A stretch of DNA of 63,876 bases, filler included, from Octopus bimaculoides (taxonomy: Eukaryota): NCBI RefSeq assembly GCF_001194135.2. It is 6 parts of 6 records of this genome, joined end to end, with 100 filler letters (N's around TTAATTAATTAA, not from the genome) between each part and the next. Parts side by side here need not be neighbours in the genome. Positions count along the whole stretch, not along the records: positions 1 to 17,051 come from NC_068984.1; 5 more parts are not named here. The stretch is one strand, 5' to 3'. Of the stretch, positions 1-13,204 are shown one piece after another. The translations under genes were made by a program, and so were the position numbers. A model generated the notes under the pieces. It had not been told where the DNA came from, did no database searches, and was given only the letters and a program-made list of their open reading frames with translations. The first letter of the stretch is position 1, and each line of letters starts with the position of its first letter.

Positions 1-50
<50 letters not shown>
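1..50 (+). repeat. (CA)25 microsatellite (one of dozens of CA/TA/GA/TACA/AGAT tracts)
   Basis: Read directly. Other examples are (TA)35 at 18231-18300, (TACA)n at 8126-8338 and (AGAT)n at about 46255-46302. Confidence 0.99.
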
Positions 51-53
<3 letters not shown>

Positions 54-1439
54 AGCTATAGATGCTGGAAGTCAGCGTGTTCAAGTGCAACTATTCCCTG
101 GACACTGATAGTCCTCCTAGCATAAGTTTACTTGTACTTCTGAGATGGATCTTTAGTCCAGCCAGGCGACTGCAACTCATACTTTAAAAGGGGCACTTCA
201 TCTTATTTGATGTGATTTGTCTATTTGGGTGGCTTGCTTTGAGCTGGTGCTTTATGATCTTCAATCCAACATACGTGAGGTTTCGCGTAAAAGAAAATAC
301 AGGAGTATCAGTTAATTATGATTTTAATTATCATATCCCCCTCTCAGGTTCACACACTTATTGTGGCGGTCCTTCGGTTTTTTTAAGCCCTGTAAAAGAA
401 CTCGGAAGATTGGGCCTCCACCCAAGCCTTTCGTGATACCCTTAAAGTGAGGAACTTTTCAGTACCCCCTCCTACTTTACTTTATAGACCATATATAGAA
501 AGATAAATGGGCTGTGATAATGTTTCACAGTATCATGAGTAACATGGTTCTGTTCATGGCTAACCAATTTCGTTTTTGATTTGAATATGCGATCGCATTG
601 CATTGTAAAGACTGTTTAGAGTCCCTTTCTAAGAGAAGTACTACAGCCTTCATATGTCAAACTATGTACTTGCTCTCAAGCTCTTCAAACTACTGTTTAT
701 CAGGCTTATCCATCGGCACCTCTTTGGTGCATGGCCTTTTCAGGTATTGATATCAATACTGGTTTTCTGTAATAGATATTCGGGTAATTTTTATATTTAT
801 TCCTTTGCTTGTAATGCAGGCCTTTCCCCTGATTCGGCTCACTAGTCAGTGCCTGTTTCGCTAACTGACAGTTATCCAGATGTACTAAGTGACTAAGTGA
901 CCAGATCACCCAAGCCGTTGTTTCATTCATTCATTCATACATACATACAAACAGACAGACAAACATCAGCTGAAACACTAGTTCACCTTGGCAATCCCTC
1001 TCACAGACTGGGGAGCTGCAACTCCTTGCCAGGGTAAGCTAGTGTTTCAGAATGAATGAATGAATGAATGAATGAATGAAAGGGAGTTGCAACACAGAGG
1101 AAAGTGTGTTGAGACTGCATCCAGAAAATCGAAATTGTAGTTTTGAGAAGGCCAGAGCTACTGCAGCGAATGAGAAACGCCACAGTAGGGGGGGGGGTCA
1201 TCGTCACGACCCACCCCCATCTGACCAAATTTCTCCCAGGAGCGCCAGACCCAGTCGTTCAAGGATCGGTTTTCATAGCCACTTAAGGGTATCTTGCTCT
1301 TCTTCATGATGTACAGTGACTAAGCACTACCATAAAGCATACATATGTGTATACATTTATATATAATAGAGAGAAAGGTAGAGAGAGAGAATGATAAATG
1401 GGAGCGAGAGAGTAGACGTGAGAGACGTTGAGAAATCTA

Positions 1440-1948
1440 GGTTTCAAATATTTTGCACAACGTCAGCAAGTTCGGTTGCTGGGGGTATAAGTCGATAACA
1501 TCGACCCCAGCGCTCAGCTGGTACTTACTTTAGAGCAGGGGTTTTCAAACTTCTTGACTTGCGGATCCCTTTATATTTCAGGCTTTACCTTAGGGACCCC
1601 CTTATAAACGCTTATGAAATTTATACATAAATATTTGCTTAAAATAACATATATTTTTACATTTATTTATCTAACAGTATTTAACAAATAGGTTTATTGT
1701 CAATTAAAAGATTTCGATTAAAAAACATATAAAATCAAATTGCCTATAAAAAGTATTTGCTATCCACGGACCCCTGTCTTTTCCTTGCGGACTCCCTGTG
1801 GTCCGCGGACCACAGTTTGAAAAGCCCTGCTTTAGAGGATGAAAGGCAAAGTTAGCCTCGGTGGAATTTGAACTCAGAACGTAAAGACGGCCAAAATACC
1901 CGCTAAGCATTTAACTCGGCGTGCTTATCAATTCTACCAGCTCGCCAC
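1440..1948 (-). mobile_element. SINE family A (tRNA-like head), split by the hAT MITE
   Basis: The flanks 1440-1535 and 1830-1948 join into the same element seen uninterrupted at 3892-4112 (gtcgat..atcgacccca..ctggtactt..ggatgaaagg..aatttgaactcagaac..ctaagcatt). Confidence 0.85.
1536..1829. mobile_element. hAT-superfamily MITE (294 bp)
   Basis: TIRs are CAGGGGTTTTCAAACT (1536-1551) and AGTTTGAAAAGCCCTG (1814-1829), 15/16 match. A perfect 8-bp TSD CTTTAGAG lies at 1528-1535 and 1830-1837. Confidence 0.93.
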
Positions 1949-3891
1949 CATGACATTGAGTAGTATTGTAATGTTATCATTTATGATTGAATGCCCGAGA
2001 GAGAGGTGCCCGAGAGAGAGGTTTCACTACAGTATTAATATATTTTGATATTTCAGTCGTTTTAGAATCTAGAACAGTTTTATTTATTTAAAGAAAAATA
2101 TAATAGAGGAACGTGAAAAATATTTCATTCTTCAAGTATAAAATTTCATATGAACTGTTGTATTTATCTAAGTAAATAATCTATAGGAAAGTTGGTTATA
2201 CATCATTAGATGTATACCTGACTTTCCTATATAAAATTAAGAAACATAACGGAACGCTGAACTCCAGACTATCAACTTAAACAACATTTATTCAGGTGGT
2301 AAATATATACATCTTTAGCTCTTGTTGTTACAGCTTCTGTGTGTATGAGTATAGTTGTTGGGACGTTGTCGTGTAGATGTGAGCGAGCTGTCAAGTGTAA
2401 GTCCGAAAGATGGAGAGTGACAGCTATACACGTAAAGAGACTGTCTCCAGAGTTGGGTGTTGGAGACACTGCTTGACACGTCCATGCTCTATTGCTGGCC
2501 AGCAAGAAAGAGAATGAATTGAGCGGGAACGCTTGCTTGTTTAATTCCACGCATGCGTGAGACTACGCATGCGCACGGCGTTACTACAAATCTAAATATG
2601 TTTTTAAGGTGGATGCTTTTTGAGTGGATTTAAATTACAACTTGTATGGCTACCGGAAGTATTATTATGGCTGTCATTGCGTCACTAGAGGATACGGTTT
2701 GTAAACATAAGCATATACGTACATAGAGTATACGTATATACATATGCACAGCACACATAAATACAAATACATATGCATATATACATATACATGTAACCAC
2801 ACATGCATACATTCAGAGAGAGAGAGAGAGAGATGGGTGAAAGAGGGGGTAAAGAGATATGAGGTATTTCAGTCGTTTATATTCGAGGAAAGTTTTTACT
2901 CAAATAAATAAATAAATAAACAAGTAAGTAAATAGAACTTGTGAAATATTTCAAATATTTCATGTTTCAGATCTAAAATTCATATCAATAGATTTATCAC
3001 TTCCAGTAAATAACCCCAGTATTTTTTGCTTTTTAGAGTAGACGCTCACTGAATGGATTTAGGATTAAAACTTGTATAACTACCGGAAGTATTATTATGG
3101 CTGGCTCTATATTACGGGAGGAAAGTTCTTCATTAGCTTACGTCATAAATTGGCTCTAATTCCTTTACGTCAAAACTTCCTTTTGGAAATGCACGAACGT
3201 CCCAATAACACCGATTCTCTCATTCCGGTTCCCCAATATATTGGATTGTAAGGACATTTCTATAAACTCCGTTGTATTATTGTCAGTTGGTGAAGTCCAT
3301 CATTCTCGCAACTAAGCCCACAACAAAAGTTGGACTCAACACTTCAAGATAAAAAAAAAAAAAAAAAAGAAAAAAAAAACAATCAAACATTTAGTAATTT
3401 TACTTTTCTTGAAGTGTTACTCTATAGTATCTATTTACAACTAGAGGTTGACTAACATATATAATGCTAAAAATGTTCTGGCCGAAGACCCCGCCCAGCA
3501 TTGGTGAAAACATACACCAGCAGACCGCTCATTTAGTTTCTATATTTTCTTGTACGTTATCCTCTCGACCATGGACCTTGTCTTAGTTTCTGTGTGTGCT
3601 AGAAATAATCATTCGATATCTGGATTGGTATAAAGCGACCAAAAAAACAAAACAAAAAACAAGAAAATATCAGAAATCTGATGCTGCAGATTCAATTTTC
3701 TGTTGAAGCCATTCCACTTAACATTGAACAAATTAGAAATAGCTTCAAGGATATGTTCACTCATTTATATGAAACGCATCCTTCTACATTCTGATTTCAA
3801 ATGTTGATTTTGGATTTTATCCAGAGTGAATAACCAGGATGGATAAAACAAATATCACAAGATTAGTTCCAAAGATAACACACACCATATT

Positions 3892-4112
3892 CTTTTCTAC
3901 TCTAGGCACAAGGCCCGAAATTTTTGGAGAGGGGGCCAGTCGATTAGATCGACCCCAGGACGCAACTGGTACTTAATTTATCGACTCTGAAAGGATGAAA
4001 GGTAAAGTCGACCTCGGCGGAATTTGAACTCAGAACATAAAGACAGACGAAATAGCGCTAAGCATTTCACCCGGTGTGTTAACATTTCTACCAGCTCACC
4101 GCCTTATAGCAT
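3892..4112 (-). mobile_element. SINE family A copy
   Basis: Has a B-box-like GTTCTGAGTTCAAATTCC on the minus strand. A candidate 10-bp TSD ACACCATATT lies at 3882-3891 and 4113-4122. Confidence 0.85.
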
Positions 4113-4830
4113 ACACCATATTACAAAAAATTAGCACTATGCTTTGACAAATTAATTGAGTGCTAAACCCTGTATTGCAGTAAATTCACAACACGGCAAA
4201 TCTGCCTGGCAGTTTTGATTTTGTTTTGAATCTTTTCATTTCAAGTAGGTTAGTCATGTTCTATATTTTGCATGCAGTTTGCACTGCAAAACATTTTGAT
4301 TATCAGTTGAACTTCAGATTCTTTTCAGCACTTTCTACAGAAAGGAGTGTTCTCAATGAATTGGCGAAAAATGTATTCGGTAACCTGCACATGAAACTTG
4401 ACAAGTTTGTTGGAAAATATTTTGATAGAGCAGCAATAGACCTTAGGCAGCAATCAAAGATAGAAGAGCGTTCTCCGCTTGTCGTCTTTTGTCCATATCC
4501 GTGATTCCCAACGTGGGGTACATGCTCCACCGGTGGGGCATGGTAATATTTTGGTGAGACATGCATAGGGTTATGCTGAATTTTTATACCTTTTGTACAC
4601 AATGTTTGATATACCAATAGAGAATGAGTTATTAAAAAAAAAAATTCTTTACATCCTTTCTATGGACAATTTTATCAAATTTTGGACACTTTAGAGACAA
4701 GTTGTTTCTACCATATTCATAATATCTGATGTCACTAAAGAGGGAATAGATTATTTCCTTCGATTTAGTGGTATGTGAAAACATGTAGGTAATTACAAAC
4801 GCGTATGTGTGTAAGGTGTGTGCGTGTCTG

Positions 4831-4861
<31 letters not shown>

Positions 4862-5132
4862 ATGTAGTATAGAACTGGTCAGTACTGAAGGCAATGCCAT
4901 CTTAATTCCCTATGGAGAAATAAACTGGAGACAGACTTATGTGTGCGTGTGTGTCCAAGAGTATTAACTCTTTTATCTTTGGCGACAAAAAAAATCTAGG
5001 TACACAAGAAAAATGTGGTGCTGCAGAGTGTTGATAGGGCAATAAATGGCGTTGGAAGTGAAGGATGAAACAATTGAATGGTGTGAAATGCGTTGAAATG
5101 GAGTGGAAGTCAGTGAAGGAAGAGAAAGAGGC

Positions 5133-5206
<74 letters not shown>

Positions 5207-5369
5207 GTGAGAGAGGGAGACATAGATAAATAGATAGATAGAGATAGAGATAGAGAGAGAGATTTATGGTACTAGTAACGCACACATACACACACACATA
5301 CGTATATATATGAACAGAGATGAAAATTAACAGGTCATTTTATTCTCACCAGTCAGTTTATAAATTCAG

Positions 5370-6390
5370 CAAAAAGGTAAAAAAGAAAAACTTCCATCAT
5401 TGGTACAAAGGCTTTGCAGCTGAGAAGATTCACGGAATATTTTTTGTTTCTTTTTGAGCATATTTTCCGAAAGTTTATACTGAAATCCTTTTGAAGAAAT
5501 CGTTGAAAAAATTTGCTTAAACTGAAATTTCTTCGTATTTGATTCAAAAGCATAACTACAGATTTCTGCGCCCCCATCCCGACTTTGGATGATAATAACT
5601 TTCAGAAAAATGGATATTTTTTTAAATGAAATTGTCTACGAATATGTGTTATATCATGTAGATTCTGAATATACAAATTTTTTTATATAGGTAGTTCTTC
5701 TCAGTTATCTAAAAGGATTTCTAATCATTACTCTACATTTAGGGATAGGAATAAACGTAACAATACAGGGCTTAGTAAATTAATTTGGTATCTAAAATAC
5801 CATAATAAACAATTTAATTTAGATTGGTTGATTCTCTCTATTTCTTTCCCTTATGATAAAGGCAAGAAATTCTGTCTTCTCTGTAATTGTGAACTATTTT
5901 TTATCTTTTTTCTAAAAATCCCCAGTAAATACGGTTATAGAGCGTGCTTACCGATGTAAACATTGGCAGAAACAGACCTTTAGCTCATATCTACGATATC
6001 TACCATTATATATAATTTAAACATTGATTTTCTTCTTGCATTTCATTTCCACTAGATATATCTTGTTCCAAGACTTTATGGCTTTATTTAATCTACATAT
6101 CGTTCTATACTTCTCATTTATTTGGTTTCTGATTTTTTCTTTCCTTTACCCCTCCTCTTTCTATAGGCTACCTTTGACGTTATACCCTCTAACGTTTTTT
6201 TTATATAATAGCGTTCAGTTCATCGCTATACATATCCATCATATTCTGTTGAAATGTATTATTGATGAGTTTTATTTCTTCACTTCCTTGAAGAGAAGAT
6301 TATATTGTTTTACACCATTTTATTCCTTTGGAATAATACGAATGATATCTTCGAAACATGTGTCAGAAGTAAAAAAATTTGAATAACACC
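5370..6390 (+). mobile_element. Penelope-like retroelement (PLE) 3' fragment with decayed GIY-YIG endonuclease and 3' terminal region
   Basis: Frame 5684-5959 reads YIGSSSQLSKRISNHYSTFRDRNKRNNTGLSKLIWYLKYHNKQFNLDWLILSISFPYDKGKKFCLLCNCELFFI. This fits the PLE pattern YIG..K.R..NH...F....LSK.IW.LK....F...W.IL....PY....C.LC..E. An IVY motif lies at 5631-5639 in another frame (frameshift). Upstream similarity is weaker, so the left boundary is approximate. Confidence 0.85.
6282..6370 (+). ncRNA. Hammerhead-ribozyme-like motif (type I topology, U3 variant) downstream of the PLE endonuclease
   Basis: Stem I 5' ACTTC 6282-6286; core TTGAAGA 6288-6294; stem II GAAGAT 6295-6300 pairs with ATCTTC 6347-6352; GAAA 6353-6356; C-ATGT-G-T-C gives a GUC site at 6362-6364; stem I 3' GAAGT 6366-6370. 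Deviations: C3 is U, there is a C-A mismatch next to the core, and loop II is 46 nt. Confidence 0.55.
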
Positions 6391-9300
6391 TGCGTTTAAC
6401 TCCATTTATTTANNNNNNNNNNNNNNNNNNNNNNNNNNNNNNNNNNNNNNNNNNNNNNNNNNNNNNNNNNNNNNNNNNNNNNNNNNNNNNNNNNNNNNNN
6501 NNNNATATATATGTATATATGTATATATATATATGAATATATATAAATGAATATATGTCTTTGTATATAGGTATGTATATATATATATGTACATATATAT
6601 ATACATACCTATATACAAAGACATATATTCATTTATATTCATATACACAGACATACTTGAATGTAATATGGAACTCATTTCGTCAGAAACGTTAATGATA
6701 AAATGACTTCCACATGATTATTAAACAAAATTAAATGACTAACAGCAATTATGTAATTTTTATATAGTTGAGAGTGTTTTCGCATGGTGAAGAAAAAATT
6801 TTTAAGACACTGTGCTTTAAAATTTTAGGTAGACATGTACCCATCATAATGAAGTTTTGGGTACATTATACCTGAACGAAAGTTAGGATGATAGCGATAT
6901 CTTTCTTTACAAGTTCATTTAATAAGAGATAACCTGGAAGTAGTGGCAGTAGCCGTAGCAGCCATTGTAACTACAGCATCAACAATAACAGCAACAGCCG
7001 TTATTGCACTTTGATAAATACCTTCTAAAATGAAAGGTCACTCAATTGATTCCACTTAGTACGTGATGCATACCGAATCCGTCTGAACAAACACTTAGTA
7101 ATTTCGTTCTAACCAAAATGTCAACCAACTTGGTTTTGGCGAATTTTGATAAACAAATTTCGTATGTTTTAGATTTCTATCTGATTATGTGGGAAGAATA
7201 TTCCATGAATGTTTTCCTTAGCTGAAAATTCTGGGTGTGTTAATTCGTTGGCAATATAACAAATCGAGATTCTTAAAATCTGACCTGGCGTGAACTATTT
7301 TTCAGGAAAAAAAAAAGGAAAAAAAAAAAAAGAATTAAGCATAAAACAACAGAATAAATATTTTTATAGCACCAAAGATATTGAGATAGGAGTGGTTTCT
7401 TTTTCAAAGGATTTCAGCGACGTAGTGAAGTAAAATGGCTTCGAATCTAAATCAAAAATAGTTGGCACGATAAAATTATTTCTAATTTAGGTACTAGGTC
7501 AAGAATTTTGAGGGGAGGAGCTTTAATTAATTCAATCGGGCCTTGTATTTGCTTTATTTTTTCGACTCCAAAAGAATGAAAGGTAAAGATGACCTCGGTG
7601 GGATTTTAAATCAAGATAGCACTATGAAATACTACACTCTGCAAGATTTTAATCGAAACTTAATATTATTGACCTTATGTTGTATTGGAACGAAAACAGG
7701 GATGTGTGATGGCTGACTACTTTAGGACAAGAGAGAAACCTCTACGCGGTCACTTCATCTGTTAGATACCGCAGCTAAATCTCCTTTGAATCTCAAGAAT
7801 GGCAGGACATATAGGATAAGGTGGCCGTAGACACGCTGTCTCAAATAGAGACAGGATAGACATGGAATGTGAGTTTTTCATCATTGGCAGTTAGGGTCAA
7901 GGCTGAAAATATAATAGTTGTTCGTAACCTATCAGTGAAGCCCGTTGTGAAGACGTTTAACTTCGAATATTCAAACATGCTTCGTTTCAAATAAGTACAA
8001 TGTGTGATGTTATGTACACGGCAGCTTTGTGAAATTTATGGGTATTTTATTCATTTTTTACTGTAATGAATTTATTTCATTTGAACAAGTCTGACTGAGA
8101 TAAATTTAACTTTATAAGTAGGTGCATACATACATACATACATACATACATACATACATACATACGTGCGTACATACATACACACATACATACTTACATG
8201 CATACATACATACAATCTGACTGAGATAATTTAACTTCATAAGTAGGTGCGTACATACATAGTGCGCACATACATACATACATACATACATACATACATA
8301 CATACATACATACATACATACATACATACATACATACATGAGGATTAATTCTTTTACCTGCCGGTTGTAAACAAATATGGATCGAATTTCCATTCTTTCT
8401 GTACCAGTCAAACTTGTTCTACTTTATGCTTCTTATTTACATTGTCCCCTATTTTTTCTTATATTTCATATTATTGTTCTACAATAGGCGTACAATGTAG
8501 TGGGCTGTGGAATGCACCTCTCTATTTTGGGTAATGTTCAAGTTTACGGGCAGAAATTTGTTATGAAAAGAACAAGACACAAGAATAGACAAGGTCTTTT
8601 TTTCTTGGAGGTGAATGTGTTGATAATCATGCCATCATTTTAAAACAGAGCTGCATTTGGGTCCACCCATACAATACAAATCAGAACCAAAATATTCATG
8701 ACCTTGTCCAATGAACTGCTTGAACATTTTTTGTGATTAATTTTTTGTGATATTCGATACATCGTTAGAACTGTAGTTAAAATTTTACCTGTGGTTCCAG
8801 AAACTTCATATTCTTTTGAAGATTATTTTAGTACCTAAACTAAACTAGACTAAACTAATCTGAACTAAACTAAACTAAATAAATAAAGAGTTATCAACAC
8901 AAAACAAGGAAGAATTTGGCTCTATGTATCGAAGGGTTCAATATAAATGCTACTCTACGAAATGGCGTTAAGATTATCAACATTCAGTTTTAAGAAGAAA
9001 AAAACTCTTTCTGCATTCAGCTCCTCTTTCGAATTCATTCTTTATTTGCCAATGATTAATGAGTATAAAAATGTCATCAACTGTTGCCATTTTTCGATCG
9101 AACATTTATACAATATTTTCGTTCTATTAGTATTACATTTTAACTTGTTTTTAATATTAGTTAACATTATCAATTTGTTCCGTGATCTTTTGAGTTTTCA
9201 GAAAATTTGAAAACTTTTCGTGAAAAAGTTAGGGTCCTTCTTCAGCCTTCCCTCCAACAAGCTTCACCGGTTCATCCAAATGTATTATTGTCAGTGTTCT

Positions 9301-10030
9301 TTTTGTCTATTCATCGCCTTTTATACGTAGTCTTGCACGTTTGGATGAGACATTGAATATACAGTGGTCGCCAAAGCGCGACTCTTTGTTATCATTCATT
9401 CACTATCATATGAGCAGGCATTCACTAATACAAGCTTTCTCAATCGGTAACATTATGCTGGGCAATGGATTCTTTGATTATTCGTTAGAGGCCTCAATTC
9501 ACAGCTGCTTCTCTATGCAGGAACTATCAAAAACTTCGGAAAACGAATAAGTTTGTACTATCTCTGACCAATGGGCACTATCTATCTTCTCTGGCCTAGC
9601 ACTAGTAGCAGTTCTAGTTATGAGTTGTTCATATGTAAAGAAGAAATGATTTTAAATTGTGGTTGTTACTTTGACATATGCAGCGACTATCAGGCTTTTC
9701 AAAGTAACTAAACTGGTAAACGTTTTCAAAGTTTCTAATCAAATAAATTGTGCAAAGTATTGTGTGAATCTTTTCTCTAGGTTGTGTATAGAAAGTGCAT
9801 GTGTGGAAAGTTAAGAAGACAGAAGGGGTGATGTCATTTGTGAATGTGAGTGGGTTTTGTCACGTAAGCTGTTATTTTCCCAAAACTGGGTCAATCAACG
9901 TTCTTTGCTTCTCAGTAAAATAAGTCCCAATTTACAAACTGAATTAACGCACACACACAGACACTCACACGCGCGCGCGCGCATAAACACATGCATACAT
10001 ACATACATGCATACATATGTACATACATAC

Positions 10031-10082
<52 letters not shown>

Positions 10083-10128
10083 NNNNNNNNNNNNNNNNNN
10101 NNATCACGAATGTATAGACATGCACACG

Positions 10129-10164
<36 letters not shown>

Positions 10165-10230
10165 ACACACACGTACACACACAAATATATGCTCACACAC
10201 GCGCACACGTATATATATTCACATATATGG

Positions 10231-10267
<37 letters not shown>

Positions 10268-10479
10268 AGTATATATGTGAGTATGTAACGTATATATTTC
10301 GTTTTCATATTTATTTTGCAACATTCTTGATGTGAAATTGTGAACTGAAACAGATGTTGCTGTGTCTTGAGAACGCCATACGCATTGATTCTATCTTTTC
10401 CCCTCTTTATTTTTAATTGTCAATTGAAGTAATTAACCAGTTAACTAACCGAGTGCTTGAACAATCGTCTGATCAACCA

Positions 10480-11492
10480 TATCTGTTTATTAGTTCGTTC
10501 GTTTCCATCCAAGACGTTATCAAAGACGTGTTCCCTTTGCTTATCTGTTTATTAGTTCGTTCGTTTCCATCCAAGACGTTATCAAAGACGTGTTCCCTTT
10601 GCTANNNNNNNNNNNNNNNNNNNNNNNNNNNNNNNNNNNNNNNNNNNNNNNNNNNNNNNNNNNNNNNNNNNNNNNNNNNNNNNNNNNNNNNNNNNNNNNN
10701 NNNNNNNNNNNNNNNNNNNNNNNNNNNNNNNNNNNNNNNNNNNNNNNNNNNNNNNNNNNNNNNNNNNNNNNNNNNNNNNNNNNNNNNNNNNNNNNNNNNN
10801 NNNNNNNNNNNNNNNNNNNNNNNNNNNNNNNNNNNNNNNNNNNNNNNNNNNNNNNNNNNNNNNNNNNNNNNNNNNNNNNNNNNNNNNNNNNNNNNNNNNN
10901 NNNNNNNNNNNNNNNNNNNNNNNNNNNNNNNNNNNNNNNNNNNNNNNNNNNNNNNNNNNNNNNNNNNNNNNNNNNNNNNNNNNNNNNNNNNNNNNNNNNN
11001 NNNNNNNNNNNNNNNNNNNNNNNNNNNNNNNNNNNNNNNNNNNNNNNNNNNNNNNNNNNNNNNNNNNNNNNNNNNNNNNNNNNNNNNNNNNNNNNNNNNN
11101 NNNNNNNNNNNNNNNNNNNNNNNNNNNNNNNNNNNNNNNNNNNNNNNNNNNNNNNNNNNNNNNNNNNNNNNNNNNNNNNNNNNNNNNNNNNNNNNNNNNN
11201 NNNNNNNNNNNNNNNNNNNNNNNNNNNNNNNNNNNNNNNNNNNNNNNNNNNNNNNNNNNNNNNNNNNNNNNNNNNNNNNNNNNNNNNNNNNNNNNNNNNN
11301 NNNNNNNNNNNNNNTATTAGTTCGTTCGTTTCCATCCAAGACGTTATCAAAGACGTGTTCCCTTTGCTTATCTGTTTATTAGTTCGATCGTTTCCATCCA
11401 AGACGTTATCAAAGACGTGTTCCCTTTGCTTATCTGTTTATTAGTTCGTTCGTTTCCATCCAAGACGTTATCAAAGACGTGTTCCCTTTGCT
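10480..11492. repeat. 62-bp tandem array spanning an assembly gap
   Basis: The unit TATCTGTTTATTAGTTCGTTCGTTTCCATCCAAGACGTTATCAAAGACGTGTTCCCTTTGCT starts at 10480, 10542, 11369 and 11431, with a partial copy at 11315. Only one substitution is visible (11369 unit). Ns cover 10605-11314. Confidence 0.95.
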
Positions 11493-12365
11493 ACAGGTCG
11501 AAGATGATGTATCTATAATGAATGTAGTGTGTTTTGCGAGTGGATTAAACTTTTTGGTATCTGTGTGATTGAGAGTCTGTGTGTGATTGGGGTTTCAGTT
11601 TCTTTTTGTTTTGTTTCAGTCTGTATATGTGTGCCGCGATGAATTGTGCCTTGGCATACGTTCGCGCATACGTTTTATGGATGTGAATATGTGTACGCGC
11701 ATGCGTATGAGTCGAGTTTGTTTGTAGCTTAATCGCGAGTGTTGGCTTGTCTAAGTACGTCACATTTTTGTAACTCTGTGCTGCCCTTTTTATTATCTCA
11801 CAACGCAATGCTAAATCCGTCCATGCATATACGTGCTTCTTTTTACACTCACACACATATATGCACTTCAATGCTGGATTAACCATTAAGCAAAATAAGC
11901 GCGTGCTTAGAGCATCAAGGGAAGGGGCAGTGACACCGCAGAATTGGTAAATGGTTTACGCCACAAAAGGAATCCCTTTAATCTCGATAAAATAATAATC
12001 GAAGTGGTTTATATGATCGAAAATATAATTTCGAAGTGTTCAAAGTTCAAAACCTTTGCGAGTAAAAGTGAGAGAAAATTGATCAAATACAAATAAAGTG
12101 GAAGTATATAAAAATAAAAATTATTTTCCATCTTACTATTAGTTTTGCTTTATTTTGAAAAATAGAAAACTTATTTTATAGTTTATTATTGTTTATATCT
12201 TAAATTATATATATATATATCTATAGAGACACCAAAATCTTTCAAGTGCCTCTAAGCGTCTTAATCCGGCTCTGATGCACTTATGCGCTCACACTCGCAT
12301 ATATGTATACACACAAACATAAGTACGTAAACTCGTACTTATATATATATGCCTATATAAAAATA

Positions 12366-12413
<48 letters not shown>

Positions 12414-12701
12414 CGTGTGGACATTTTTGCACATACCTTACATCCNNNNNNNNNNNNNNNNNNNNNNNNNNNNNNNNNNNNNNNNNNNNNNNNNNNNNNN
12501 NNNNNNNNNNNNNNNNNNNNNNNNNNNNNNNNNNNNNNNNNNNNNNNNNNNNNNNNNNNNNNNNNNNNNNNNNNNNNNNNNNNNNNNNNNNNNNNNNNNN
12601 NNNNNNNNNNNNNNNNNNNNNNNNNNNNNNNNNNNNNNNNNNNNNNNNNNNNNNNNNNNNNNNNNNNNNNNNNNNNNNNNNNNNNNNNNNNNNNNNNNNN
12701 N

Positions 12702-12742
<41 letters not shown>

Positions 12743-13204
12743 ACGCACGCACACACACACACACACACACACAAACACAAGGGTCATGTGCGTCGGTATA
12801 GGTGCACTCTCAAGTGTTTATAAAAACATGAAAGTTGATATATTTGGTGACATTTCAATTAATTCCGCCTTCTGTCGTCCAGATCTGTGTTCAGGGATCT
12901 CATATTACAGAACTTCTCGCAACATATTGTTCGAAAATTTAATATTTTGTATCTTTTTTGTTTTAATTGGTTCAATCAATGGTCTACGGCCATACTGGGA
13001 AAACCCCTGGTAGGGTCTTAGTCGAACAAATCAACCTCAGCACTCGTATTTTAAATCTTGTACCTATCGGTCTCTCTTATGTCTAACTGCTGATTTACAA
13101 GGACCTAAACAAACCAACAGCGGTTGTTATGTGGCACTGGGGGACAAACTCGAGCATAACCACAGCAACACACACACACTCATACATAAATACTGACACT
13201 CCAT

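Noticed and set aside
4226-4617. Overlapping 92-aa and 104-aa ORFs on opposite strands
   Set aside because: There is no recognisable domain or clear splice structure, and the right end may be a hAT terminus.
9857-10280. Many CV/HT/YI-rich ORFs here and throughout the window
   Set aside because: They are translations of CA/TG/TA microsatellites.
10417-11444. Longest ORFs in the track (245-321 aa), and similar ones at 12289-13013, 13425-13928, 44261-45091, 46457-47027 and 56380-56796
   Set aside because: They run through N gaps and repeats and have no real coding content.
10480-11492. CRISPR-like appearance of the regular repeat
   Set aside because: The units are head-to-tail with no unique spacers, and the context is eukaryotic.
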